Assembly (NCBI GenBank): GCA_964520195.1
Contig: CAZFNX010000003.1
Span: 1-42,075 of the forward strand
Source of the DNA: an uncultured Candidatus Saccharibacteria bacterium
GTDB lineage: Bacteria; Patescibacteriota; Minisyncoccia; Phycocordibacterales; CAIZLB01
Direction: 5' to 3'
Length of the DNA: 42,075 nucleotides
This document shows, one piece after another, positions 7,707 through 16,216 of the stretch (its first letter is position 1; each line of letters begins with the position of its first letter). Below the pieces are notes generated by a model. That model was not told the DNA's origin. It ran no database searches and saw nothing but the letters and a program-made list of their open reading frames with translations. The translations under genes and the position numbers were made by a program.

Positions 7707-8633
7707 TCACTCTAAGTGATATACAATATTTCCCTCCACAAAAGTCTCTCTAATCACGAGAGGCTTTTTGCGTCTTTGATCATATACGCGCTCCATAGTT
7801 TCTGGACTTGGATGATTATACCTGTTTTGTTTAGCAGCAGATACAACCACTTCATCAGGAGCGACAGCCTCCAGAAAACTCTGAGATGATGAATTTTTAG
7901 AACCGTGATGTCCGAGTTTCAATACATTACTCTGTAGCAAGGTGTTGTATGTAGACATCAATATATCTTCAACCTTTGATGGAGCATCTCCTGTTAGTAA
8001 AAAAGTTTTAGGATGCGCACCTGTATATGTAACCTTGGTAACAAGAGAGTATATATTATCATCGATACTGGCTTTATTTTTCTTACCTTTTTTCTTACTA
8101 CTTGTAGACATTTCTATCATATATGGAGGATCTATAGGATATAGTGTCTCAATAGTAATATCTCGTAACAGGAGTTTATCTCCTGCATGGATTTTCTTTT
8201 TAAGAACATTTGTTTTTTCAAGTTCATTTTCCATCATAGTTTCATCAGGTTGATCTATGTCCAAAAAACCATTGTGATCCAGTTCTGTAACCAGACCCTT
8301 ATCTGTCAGATGTTTTGCTTCGCCAATATGATCAGCATCTGGATGTGTAAGTATTAACGTGTCGATATGTACATCTGCACATTCTGTCACTTTTTGTATC
8401 TGAGATATGAGACCATCATCTCGAGGACCTGTATCTATAAGAACATTTTTACCATCGGTATCTTGTATGTATATAGAATCACCTTGTCCTATATCTAAAA
8501 ATGCGACCAACGCCTGTGGGTTGTAACATCCATGATGTTGAGATATTGTATACAGGAGTTGTGCCTGCAATAATGCAATAACACATAGGGCAACATATAA
8601 AAAGTTATATCTATAGAATATACGGGAGATCAC
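7707..8633 (-). CDS. metallo-beta-lactamase fold protein equivalent to the C-terminal domain of ComEC/Rec2
   Basis: N-terminal TM helix, then FLDIGQGDSIYIQ, ILTHPDADHIG and LGHHGS motifs typical of the ComEC MBL domain. GTG start as given by the track. Confidence 0.8.
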   Translation of the reverse strand: MISRIFYRYNFLYVALCVIALLQAQLLYTISQHHGCYNPQALVAFLDIGQGDSIYIQDTDGKNVLIDTGPRDDGLISQIQKVTECADVHIDTLILTHPDADHIGEAKHLTDKGLVTELDHNGFLDIDQPDETMMENELEKTNVLKKKIHAGDKLLLRDITIETLYPIDPPYMIEMSTSSKKKGKKNKASIDDNIYSLVTKVTYTGAHPKTFLLTGDAPSKVEDILMSTYNTLLQSNVLKLGHHGSKNSSSQSFLEAVAPDEVVVSAAKQNRYNHPSPETMERVYDQRRKKPLVIRETFVEGNIVYHLE

Positions 8634-8719
8634 CTATATAATGTAACATACCTGAGATAAAGTGTAATAAAACACAATCTCAATTTTAACCAAAGAAAAA
8701 ATAAAGAAATATCACCCTT

Positions 8720-9328
8720 ATGAACTACAAAACGTATACAGAAACTACATTTAACATACCTACACTATCTGGCATATCTCTAAAAACTATTGAGGAACAT
8801 CTTAAACTATATGCAGGATATGTAAAACACGCAAACCTTATTTTGCAAAAAATAGCCGAACTATCTGCAACACCAGAATCTGCTACAGCAAATACATACA
8901 CCATTGGTGAACTTCGAAGAAGATTAGGGTTTGAATTTGGAGGAGCAAGAAATCATGAATATTACTTTCATCAATTTGAAGGAGGTAGCGTTGCAACTGA
9001 TACAACATCAAAACTATACGCTCAGATTGTACAACAATGGGGATCATACGAAGCGTGGTTTACAGAGTTTAAACAACTCGCTATGACTCGAGGTATTGGT
9101 TGGGCATTTGTATATCAAGATACAGCAACAGGCAATCTATTGAACACATGGATTGATGAACAGCATATTGGACACCTCACAGGACTCACACCTATTCTTG
9201 CACTGGATATGTGGGAACATTCATACATGCTAGACGTTCCACCGTCTGAAAAGAAAAATTACATTGAGGCATTTTTCAACAACTTAAACTGGAGTGTTGT
9301 AGAGAAGAGATTTGTCACCCTTGCATAG
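8720..9328 (+). CDS. sod: Fe/Mn superoxide dismutase family protein
   Basis: GGARNHEYYFHQF and DMWEHSYMLD keep the metal ligands His, His, Asp, His. Typical length of 202 aa. Confidence 0.85.
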   Translation: MNYKTYTETTFNIPTLSGISLKTIEEHLKLYAGYVKHANLILQKIAELSATPESATANTYTIGELRRRLGFEFGGARNHEYYFHQFEGGSVATDTTSKLYAQIVQQWGSYEAWFTEFKQLAMTRGIGWAFVYQDTATGNLLNTWIDEQHIGHLTGLTPILALDMWEHSYMLDVPPSEKKNYIEAFFNNLNWSVVEKRFVTLA

Positions 9329-10750
9329 AGAAAGAATAATCAAAAAACTTAATAATAAACCGTAGACAACAAGAACATACACACTTGTTGTTTTTGTCAT
9401 CACTATATATCCGTATGGAACATCTGCTAAACATCTCACGATATAAAAAATAAGATGAAGAAAAAAATTATTCAAATAGACACTAACCTCAACTAAGAAT
9501 TGAATATCGAACATGTCTCCACACAGTGTTATGAATCCAAAAAACATTACTATTGGAATGATTGGTAAAACCAAAACATTACTGACGAGGAACACACTCG
9601 AGAAAGAACTGGTCATATAGATGATGTATGGAAAAACAAAAACCTGAGTCGCAAGAGTGACCGAAAGTATTTCTCGAAGCCAACTAGGTACCCATCGAAC
9701 ATAAGACAATCTAATCCATGCATCGATAGGTTTTGAAAAAAGTATAAGACCATATGTTGCACAACATGTTAGGTGAAATGAAGGATCATACAAAGTTTGA
9801 AATGGAGAGATGATTGTAAGTATTAACACCGTCACTGTTAGCGAATAGACTTGTGAAGTTTTTTCTTGAAACAAAATCATTCCACAATACGCACTCGCAA
9901 CTGCTCTGTATATCGGAGCACCTCCACCTGTGAGTAACATAAAAGACCAGACGCTCGCAAGAATAATTATTTTCTGTATCAACTCTATCAACCACCCTTT
10001 TTCTTTTTTCCAAAAAAATAACATGTCCACAAATATTTTTATGCAAACCAAAATAATACTGATGTTTGATCCCGAGAGTACAACAGTGTGACTCAAGCTT
10101 GTTCGTTTAAATATGTCTAACGAATTTTTATCAAGCAACCCCTTTCCTGCAACAAGCACACCGGCAGCAAAACCTGCGTACGGTTGCTCATATCGAGTTA
10201 AAAAAATCTGCGTGAGTTTTTCTTTTTGTTTCATGAAAAATAATTGAAGTTTTGCGTATGACGACAGCTTTGGACAATCAAAAACTGTAGTAGCATTTTT
10301 TACATGTAGTAAAAGATATACATCATCTTTGGCAAGATATTCTCTATATGGAAAAACATATAATGGAGACGTTTCATCTTGTGAATTTGTATTTTGAGTT
10401 TTTGGTATGGACATTGTTCCAGCAACACGAAGACAATCCCCGAACTGTATCTTCATATCTGACGACTGTGATTGTGTAACTTTATATCTTTCACCAGTTA
10501 TGACATCTCGAGCAAAGAACACAAACTTACCGAGAGACATTGTCACATCACTATCGATCTGTATCAATGTACTTTTTTTCAAGACCATCGAAGTTGCAAA
10601 CACACCATCAACATGTTTCATTGTTTTGGTAAACAAAACTTCTGCCTTATATACAGCAAAAACTGCACCGACAAAACAAATCCAGAACAACATTTGCTTA
10701 TAGTAGTTTTGTAGAAAATTTAAAAAAATCACCCACCTAGTGTTACACAT
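9284..10750 (-). CDS. comEC: ComEC/Rec2 DNA-uptake channel, membrane part only (DUF4131 plus competence domain)
   Basis: Polytopic membrane protein with an N-terminal OB-like region (VTGERYKV...LRVAGTM) and a competence-domain core (SLSHTVVLSGSNISIIL). No MBL domain. The start could instead be ATG 10693 (M20), which follows TACTAT by 6 nt. Confidence 0.8.
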   Translation of the reverse strand: MCNTRWVIFLNFLQNYYKQMLFWICFVGAVFAVYKAEVLFTKTMKHVDGVFATSMVLKKSTLIQIDSDVTMSLGKFVFFARDVITGERYKVTQSQSSDMKIQFGDCLRVAGTMSIPKTQNTNSQDETSPLYVFPYREYLAKDDVYLLLHVKNATTVFDCPKLSSYAKLQLFFMKQKEKLTQIFLTRYEQPYAGFAAGVLVAGKGLLDKNSLDIFKRTSLSHTVVLSGSNISIILVCIKIFVDMLFFWKKEKGWLIELIQKIIILASVWSFMLLTGGGAPIYRAVASAYCGMILFQEKTSQVYSLTVTVLILTIISPFQTLYDPSFHLTCCATYGLILFSKPIDAWIRLSYVRWVPSWLREILSVTLATQVFVFPYIIYMTSSFSSVFLVSNVLVLPIIPIVMFFGFITLCGDMFDIQFLVEVSVYLNNFFLHLIFYIVRCLADVPYGYIVMTKTTSVYVLVVYGLLLSFLIILSLCKGDKSLLYNTPV

Positions 10751-10783
10751 GGTGAGTAAATTTTTTTTAAATATTTTATCAAA

Positions 10784-11317
10784 TTAAACGCGAGAAGGAA
10801 TACAAGGACCCTCGTAAAAAACTTTTACCTCTCCATCTAGCATGGCTTCATCATCAGCACAGGTTGTTGCTATTTCATCAGCTCGAGCATTCCATACATT
10901 TTCACTATGACCTTTTACATATGACCACTCTATCTCGATAGGTAGTTTCACAACTTTGTTTCGAACATTATCTAACTCTTGCCACAATTCCTGATTAAGA
11001 ACTGGTGCCTTAGAAGCGGTTCTCCAGTTGTTTTTCTTCCAGCCATGAATCCAAGTCGTAATACCCTGAAGAACATATTTTGAATCTGAATTTACATGAA
11101 CTTTTGTGTATGTTTCAGGACCATGTTTCAGAACAGCTTTTAACCCCTCAATCACACCTCGTAACTCCATCTTATTGTTTGTAGTATGTTCCGCTTTGCC
11201 ACCGAGTTCAATATGTGAATCATTTCCAAAAACAACAATACTTGCAAAACCACCACGACCAGGATTGCCTCGAGCAGCACCATCTGTATATATAGTAATA
11301 ATGTCATGAGAAAACAT
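10784..11317 (-). CDS. rnhA: ribonuclease HI
   Basis: IYTDGAARGNPG, NNKMEL, VNSDSKYV and WSYVKGHSENVWNARADEIA carry the DEDD catalytic pattern of RNase H1. Confidence 0.9.
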   Translation of the reverse strand: MFSHDIITIYTDGAARGNPGRGGFASIVVFGNDSHIELGGKAEHTTNNKMELRGVIEGLKAVLKHGPETYTKVHVNSDSKYVLQGITTWIHGWKKNNWRTASKAPVLNQELWQELDNVRNKVVKLPIEIEWSYVKGHSENVWNARADEIATTCADDEAMLDGEVKVFYEGPCIPSRV

Positions 11318-11332
11318 GTCTTGTAGTATACA

Positions 11333-13093
11333 CTAATGAGGTAAAATATTCTCTACTCGAAAACGTATCTCTTTTTTTCCTAAAAAGAAACTTGTTTCTA
11401 TGTATCCACATATATCGTATGTTTGTGAAGTATGTATATCTCGCATATGAGCATCTGCAAAAAATGATATATATCGAAGTGGTACAACTTTTTGATAATT
11501 TTGAGAGTACCTATACGCCTCTTTCAAAAAATCTGGTGTAACGTTTCGCAACTCACCATCGGTGTTAATAAATGTTTCAACAATAAACTCCACATGCTCT
11601 TTTTCTTTTCCAAAAAACTTAATCTCTTTAAGTTGCACACCTGTTACACAGAAATATGGTTTAGGATTATGCATACCATACGGCTTCAGTTGTGATATAC
11701 CATGAATGAGTTCTTGATCTATATCATCATGGTGTATGACATATGTTTTTTCTTGTTCCTTTTCTTGAGCAGGAGCCGTTTGCTTTTTCTTCCATACAGC
11801 GTATGCATTTTGTAGTTCTTTTTTAAAGAGAGATTCTTTTTCTTTTGTAAATGCAAAACCACCAGATGCTGCATGACCTCCAAATTCTACAAAAAAATCT
11901 TCAGGCATGTGAGACATTATCTCAACAACACTTACTCCTTGAGGTGATCGACAGGACCCTCGAAACACCTGTGCCTCTTCACATCCATATGCAAAAACTG
12001 GTACCTGAAACTGTCGTACCAAATTACTACACACAGGCCCTAACAATGTAGGGGACCATGTTTCGTCACCAACAATTAAAATACCACTCTCAACATCTTC
12101 TGGTGTGATCTTTTTTTCCGCTGATGTTACAAGTAACTTAGCTTTTGATTTTCTTTGAGTGTTTAATGAAACAAGTTTCTTTGCATGAACTTCTGCATCT
12201 TCTTTGTTAACACTTGCAAGTAGTACAAATGCATCATGTGCATGAGACATACGTGATGCAGCATTGAGACATGGACTGATAGAAAATCCTATATCATCTT
12301 CTTGTAAAGAAACCGAGTCAATCTTCAACTGTTGTAACAATGACGAAAAACCTGCACGAGAATTTTTCTGTAAAACCTTCAAACCATAATACGCAAAGAT
12401 TCTATTTTCTCCTGTGAGAGGCACCATGTCTGATATTGTTGCCAATCCTACAAGATCAAGTAGCCATTTCTCCCACCCAGCATGAATCTTATACCCTCTT
12501 GTTCTAGCCTGCTCAACAAGTCGATGCACTAGTTTATATATCACTCCACTTCCGCAAAGCATTTTTTCTGGATACTGACAATCTACTTGTTTAGGATTTA
12601 AAATAGCATACGCAGAAGGCACGACCTCGTGAGGCATATGATGGTCTGTAATAATCACATCTATTCCTAGTGAGTTCGCATGGGTAACTTCTTTTACATT
12701 TGAAATACCAAGATCTATAGTAACAATAAGCCCCACCCCTTCTTGAGCAACCTCATCTATAAGATGAGAGTGCAGCCCAAAACCATCAGTATGTCTATGC
12801 GGAATCTTTACAATAATATTTTTCTCATATTGTATTTTTCTAAAAAACTCATATAAGATTACCGCACCTGGAACACCGTCCGCATCATAATCAGCATATA
12901 TACAAATTTTTTCACCCTTCTCTACAGCCTGCCATATCCGAGAAGTAGCCTTATCAATATCTTTCATGCGAGAAACATCATACATGCCACCCTTACCTTC
13001 GTCATATTCTGGATGTAAAAACTCTTCAATCTCACCTTTAGTGAGACCTCTATCTTTTAAGATCTGTACATGTATGTCTCGTATAACTACCAT
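11333..13093 (-). CDS. recJ: single-stranded-DNA-specific exonuclease RecJ
   Basis: DHH-family motifs (YADYDADG, ITDHHMPH) and DHHA1 (GGHAASGGF). The track ORF extends to 13180. I choose ATG 13093, which has TGtTATACT 6 nt upstream and avoids overlapping the divergent HIT gene. Confidence 0.9.
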   Translation of the reverse strand: MVVIRDIHVQILKDRGLTKGEIEEFLHPEYDEGKGGMYDVSRMKDIDKATSRIWQAVEKGEKICIYADYDADGVPGAVILYEFFRKIQYEKNIIVKIPHRHTDGFGLHSHLIDEVAQEGVGLIVTIDLGISNVKEVTHANSLGIDVIITDHHMPHEVVPSAYAILNPKQVDCQYPEKMLCGSGVIYKLVHRLVEQARTRGYKIHAGWEKWLLDLVGLATISDMVPLTGENRIFAYYGLKVLQKNSRAGFSSLLQQLKIDSVSLQEDDIGFSISPCLNAASRMSHAHDAFVLLASVNKEDAEVHAKKLVSLNTQRKSKAKLLVTSAEKKITPEDVESGILIVGDETWSPTLLGPVCSNLVRQFQVPVFAYGCEEAQVFRGSCRSPQGVSVVEIMSHMPEDFFVEFGGHAASGGFAFTKEKESLFKKELQNAYAVWKKKQTAPAQEKEQEKTYVIHHDDIDQELIHGISQLKPYGMHNPKPYFCVTGVQLKEIKFFGKEKEHVEFIVETFINTDGELRNVTPDFLKEAYRYSQNYQKVVPLRYISFFADAHMRDIHTSQTYDICGYIETSFFLGKKEIRFRVENILPH

Positions 13094-13097
13094 GTGG

Positions 13098-13160
13098 GGA
13101 GTATAACACACAGACAAACACTTCCCCTGTTCGCAAGAACACAATGACGTGTTATACTCC
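13098..13160. promoter_or_regulatory. divergent recJ / HIT promoters forming a 12-bp perfect inverted repeat
   Basis: GGAGTATAACAC (13098-13109) and GTGTTATACTCC (13149-13160). Each arm supplies TGtTATACT placed 6 nt before its ATG (13093 on the minus strand, 13165 on the plus strand). Confidence 0.55.
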
Positions 13161-13164
13161 AGCC

Positions 13165-13596
13165 ATGTCACAACACACACATACGGAACAAGAAGAGTGT
13201 ATTTTTTGTAAAATAGTTGCTAAAACAGTTCCCGCAGTCATATGTTATGAAGACGAAGAGGTATTGGGTTTTATGGATATACACCCAAACACTAAAGGTC
13301 ATGTATTAGTCATACCTAAAGATCATGTAGAAAATATATATGGACTACCAGCCGAACTATCAGCAAGACTTATGATGGCAACACAAAAAATATCAGTTGC
13401 TTTAAAAAATGCAACTGATGCTGATGGTATTAATATTGTGATGAATAATGAGTCTGCAGCAGGACAAATGATTTGGCATGCTCATATGCACATTATTCCA
13501 AGATACAATGAGGATAGTGGTTATATTGGACAAAAATATACATATATAGCAGGAGAAATGGAGGAGATTGCGAACAAGATACAAGGAGAGCTATAA
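13165..13596 (+). CDS. HIT (histidine triad) family protein
   Basis: CIFCKI, HVLVIPK and HAHMHIIPR (HxHxHxx). ATG 13165 sits 6 nt after TGtTATACT. The track start is 13144. Confidence 0.9.
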   Translation: MSQHTHTEQEECIFCKIVAKTVPAVICYEDEEVLGFMDIHPNTKGHVLVIPKDHVENIYGLPAELSARLMMATQKISVALKNATDADGINIVMNNESAAGQMIWHAHMHIIPRYNEDSGYIGQKYTYIAGEMEEIANKIQGEL

Positions 13597-13603
13597 TACA
13601 CCC

Positions 13604-13987
13604 ATGAATACACAAACAAAACACATAGTATTATTAATTATCCGTATACTTGTTGGAGGCCTTATCGCTTGGGCAGGTGTACAAAAACTTATGAACATGG
13701 AAAGTACAGTAGCCATGTTTGGAGCATATTTTGGACTTTCTCTTTCTATAACTTGGGCAGTTTCTGTAGGTGAACTTCTAGCAGGACTAGGAATTTTATT
13801 TGGTGTATATACACAAGTTGCGTCTGCTGGAGCAGCTATTATTATGGCAGGAGCAGTATACTACACAAAAGGTGCCATGCTTACACCTATCTTCCTTCTT
13901 ATAGGAGCAGTTGTGCTTATCTTTACAGGAAGTGGAAAGTTTGCACTTAAACCTTGTCCATGTTCAATAGACAAAGTTCAACAGTAA
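13604..13987 (+). CDS. DoxX family membrane protein
   Basis: IVLLIIRILVGGLIAWAGVQKL plus three more TM segments. ATG 13604 lies 6 nt after TATAAT (13592-13597). The track start 13568 overlaps the HIT gene. Confidence 0.75.
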   Translation: MNTQTKHIVLLIIRILVGGLIAWAGVQKLMNMESTVAMFGAYFGLSLSITWAVSVGELLAGLGILFGVYTQVASAGAAIIMAGAVYYTKGAMLTPIFLLIGAVVLIFTGSGKFALKPCPCSIDKVQQ

Positions 13988-14009
13988 GATTAATTATTTA
14001 TTACATAAC

Positions 14010-14037
14010 AAAAACCCTGTCATATGACAGGGTTTTT
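14010..14037. terminator. bidirectional terminator between doxX and pgk
   Basis: AAAAACCCTGTCA-TA-TGACAGGGTTTTT, a perfect palindrome between convergent genes. Confidence 0.75.
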
Positions 14038-14073
14038 ACGTATATATGCTTCCATCCAATCTATCACCCAGTT

Positions 14074-15315
14074 TTACATCAAACTCATAACACCAGGAAT
14101 CTGTCCTTCTTTTTCCAAAAACTCAAGCATTGCACCACCACCTGTCGACACAAAAATGTTTGCATTACCATCAATACCCTCAATACTCTTGACTGCAGAA
14201 ACAGTATCCCCTCCTCCAATAATAAGCTGGACATCTAACAGTGCTGCAGTTTGCATATAGACAATGATAGCCTCAGCAAGTTTTTCAGTTCCACAAGCAA
14301 ACTCTTTTACTTCAAAATTTCCAACCGGACCATTCCAAAGGATTGTTTTTGTATCCATATCTTGCACACGATTAACAAAATCTTGAATACTCTTTGGAGA
14401 AATATCCATGATTGTTTCATTTTTCAAGACATCTTTAATATGAGCTTCACGAATGATAGATGTATCAACATTTTTCACAACAACAAATTCTGGAATATAT
14501 ACTTTGTCTTTAAACATCTGACTTGTTACAAGCGTATCCACATATGCTGCCTCATGATCAATAAACGAAACACCAACTTCATACCCCAAAGATTTTAATA
14601 TATTGTTGTATAGAGCACCCCCAACAAATACAAGATCTGCCGTCTGTAAATATTTTTCAATGAGAGGAAGTTTGGTGCTAAATTTCGCTCCACTTAAAAT
14701 AGTTACAAAAGGTTTTTGAGGATTTAAAGCCCCAGATAGAGATTGTATCTCTTGATATAACTGATATCCTGCAGCTTTGTGTTCACCATCAAACAAAGCA
14801 GGCAGTGCAGAGACGGATGTGTGTTTTCTATGTGACACAGCAAATGCATCATTGATATAAAATTCTGTAAAACCCTTTATGTATTCAGCAAGAGGTTTAT
14901 CGTTTAACTTTTCACTCATACCAGTCTTATCTGCTCTTCTGATGTTTTCGAAAAGTATAAACTCACCTTCCTTTGCAGAAGATAGGCATACATCAACCTC
15001 TTCTGTATTAAGAAAATTATCACAAAAATATACTGTATATTCAGGATATTGTTTTGTTATATATAAGAATACTGGTACAAGAGTTGGACGATCAACGTCT
15101 TTCGTCTCTATGTGAGAAGCAATAATAGTAATCGCTCCTTCGTGTTTTAAAAATTCAAACGTTTTTATAGTTGTATCTATACGATATGTATCTGTGATTT
15201 CTCCATTCTGAATAGGAACATTAAAATCTGCTCGCAAAAAGACTTTTTTACCTTTGAGTTTTCCTCGAAAACTTTCAAGGTTAACTATGTTATGCAACTT
15301 TTTTGTGTATTCCAT
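14074..15315 (-). CDS. pgk: phosphoglycerate kinase
   Basis: VFLRADFNVPI, AFAVSHRKHTS, ILSGAKFSTKL and STGGGAMLEFLE are PGK signatures. 413 aa. Confidence 0.95.
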   Translation of the reverse strand: MEYTKKLHNIVNLESFRGKLKGKKVFLRADFNVPIQNGEITDTYRIDTTIKTFEFLKHEGAITIIASHIETKDVDRPTLVPVFLYITKQYPEYTVYFCDNFLNTEEVDVCLSSAKEGEFILFENIRRADKTGMSEKLNDKPLAEYIKGFTEFYINDAFAVSHRKHTSVSALPALFDGEHKAAGYQLYQEIQSLSGALNPQKPFVTILSGAKFSTKLPLIEKYLQTADLVFVGGALYNNILKSLGYEVGVSFIDHEAAYVDTLVTSQMFKDKVYIPEFVVVKNVDTSIIREAHIKDVLKNETIMDISPKSIQDFVNRVQDMDTKTILWNGPVGNFEVKEFACGTEKLAEAIIVYMQTAALLDVQLIIGGGDTVSAVKSIEGIDGNANIFVSTGGGAMLEFLEKEGQIPGVMSLM

Positions 15316-16204
15316 ATGTTTTTAATATATTTTTTTTAGGGTTTATAAGCACCTGTGATACAACATCAACCAGTGTTTTAGGCTCAAAACTTGCCCTACC
15401 GATAAGCAACCCTTGCACTTCACCATTCCAATATATATCTTGGGCATTTTGATGATTTACAGATCCACCATACAAGATATTCATATGAGTAGAGACATGT
15501 TCACCATATTTTTCTGCTAATAATTTTCTAATGTAGACAACCATACTATGTAGTCCATGTGCATCAAGTGAAATATTGTCTTTATTGTTAATAGCCCAAA
15601 CAGGTTCATATGCAAGAGTGATAGATGTATGTTGTGTACGATCTATAGCATTAAACACAGAAGTTATTTGTTCATCTATAACTTTAAGATATGCAACTCC
15701 TGCGTCACGTTGTTTTTCACCTATACATAAGACGACGTGTAACTTTGCAGCGAGTGCAAGTTTAACTTTAGTAATAATCATATCTAAACTATCACCACGT
15801 TCTCGACACTCTGAATGTCCGATAATAACCTTACCAACTCCAGTATCTTTAACTGCTCCAACAGGAATCTCCCCTGTATATGATCCACCTTCTCGTATAG
15901 ATATATCTTGTGCAGCAAAAGTAACTTTAGGTAATTTTTCAACTACCTTCTTGCCCTTAGTTTTACTTTTTTTCTTGTTAAATGTAAATTTGCCACCAAA
16001 ATAACCAGCCAACATAGCTATATGAGAGATTGTTGGTGCTATTGTTAGATCTATTTTAGATACATTTTTTTGCAAATGTAGGTATATATCTTTTATTTTT
16101 TTCTCCGCCTCGGTATATGTTAAAGTACTTGCTTTCCAATTTGCAATAATAATTGGCTTTTTTATAGTATTTTTTTCTTGCCTTCCTGCACGTTGTGTAG
16201 ACAT
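15290..16204 (-). CDS. tpiA: triosephosphate isomerase (atypical, with Lys-rich insertion)
   Basis: IIANWK, IIGHSECR, LCIGE, AYEPVWAI and LYGGSV are TIM motifs. ATG 16204 lies 6 nt after TATACT, while the track start 16210 abuts that box. The 3' end overlaps pgk by 26 nt. Confidence 0.88.
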   Translation of the reverse strand: MSTQRAGRQEKNTIKKPIIIANWKASTLTYTEAEKKIKDIYLHLQKNVSKIDLTIAPTISHIAMLAGYFGGKFTFNKKKSKTKGKKVVEKLPKVTFAAQDISIREGGSYTGEIPVGAVKDTGVGKVIIGHSECRERGDSLDMIITKVKLALAAKLHVVLCIGEKQRDAGVAYLKVIDEQITSVFNAIDRTQHTSITLAYEPVWAINNKDNISLDAHGLHSMVVYIRKLLAEKYGEHVSTHMNILYGGSVNHQNAQDIYWNGEVQGLLIGRASFEPKTLVDVVSQVLINPKKNILKTYGIHKKVA

Positions 16205-16216
16205 GCACATAGTATA

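Noticed and set aside
15576-16004. The plus-strand 142-aa ORF inside tpiA. Similar antisense ORFs occur inside pgk, pilC, pilB, recJ, comEC, nusA, tig, cca and the NYN gene.
   Set aside because: Each lies fully within a gene whose protein carries clear family signatures on the other strand or in another frame.
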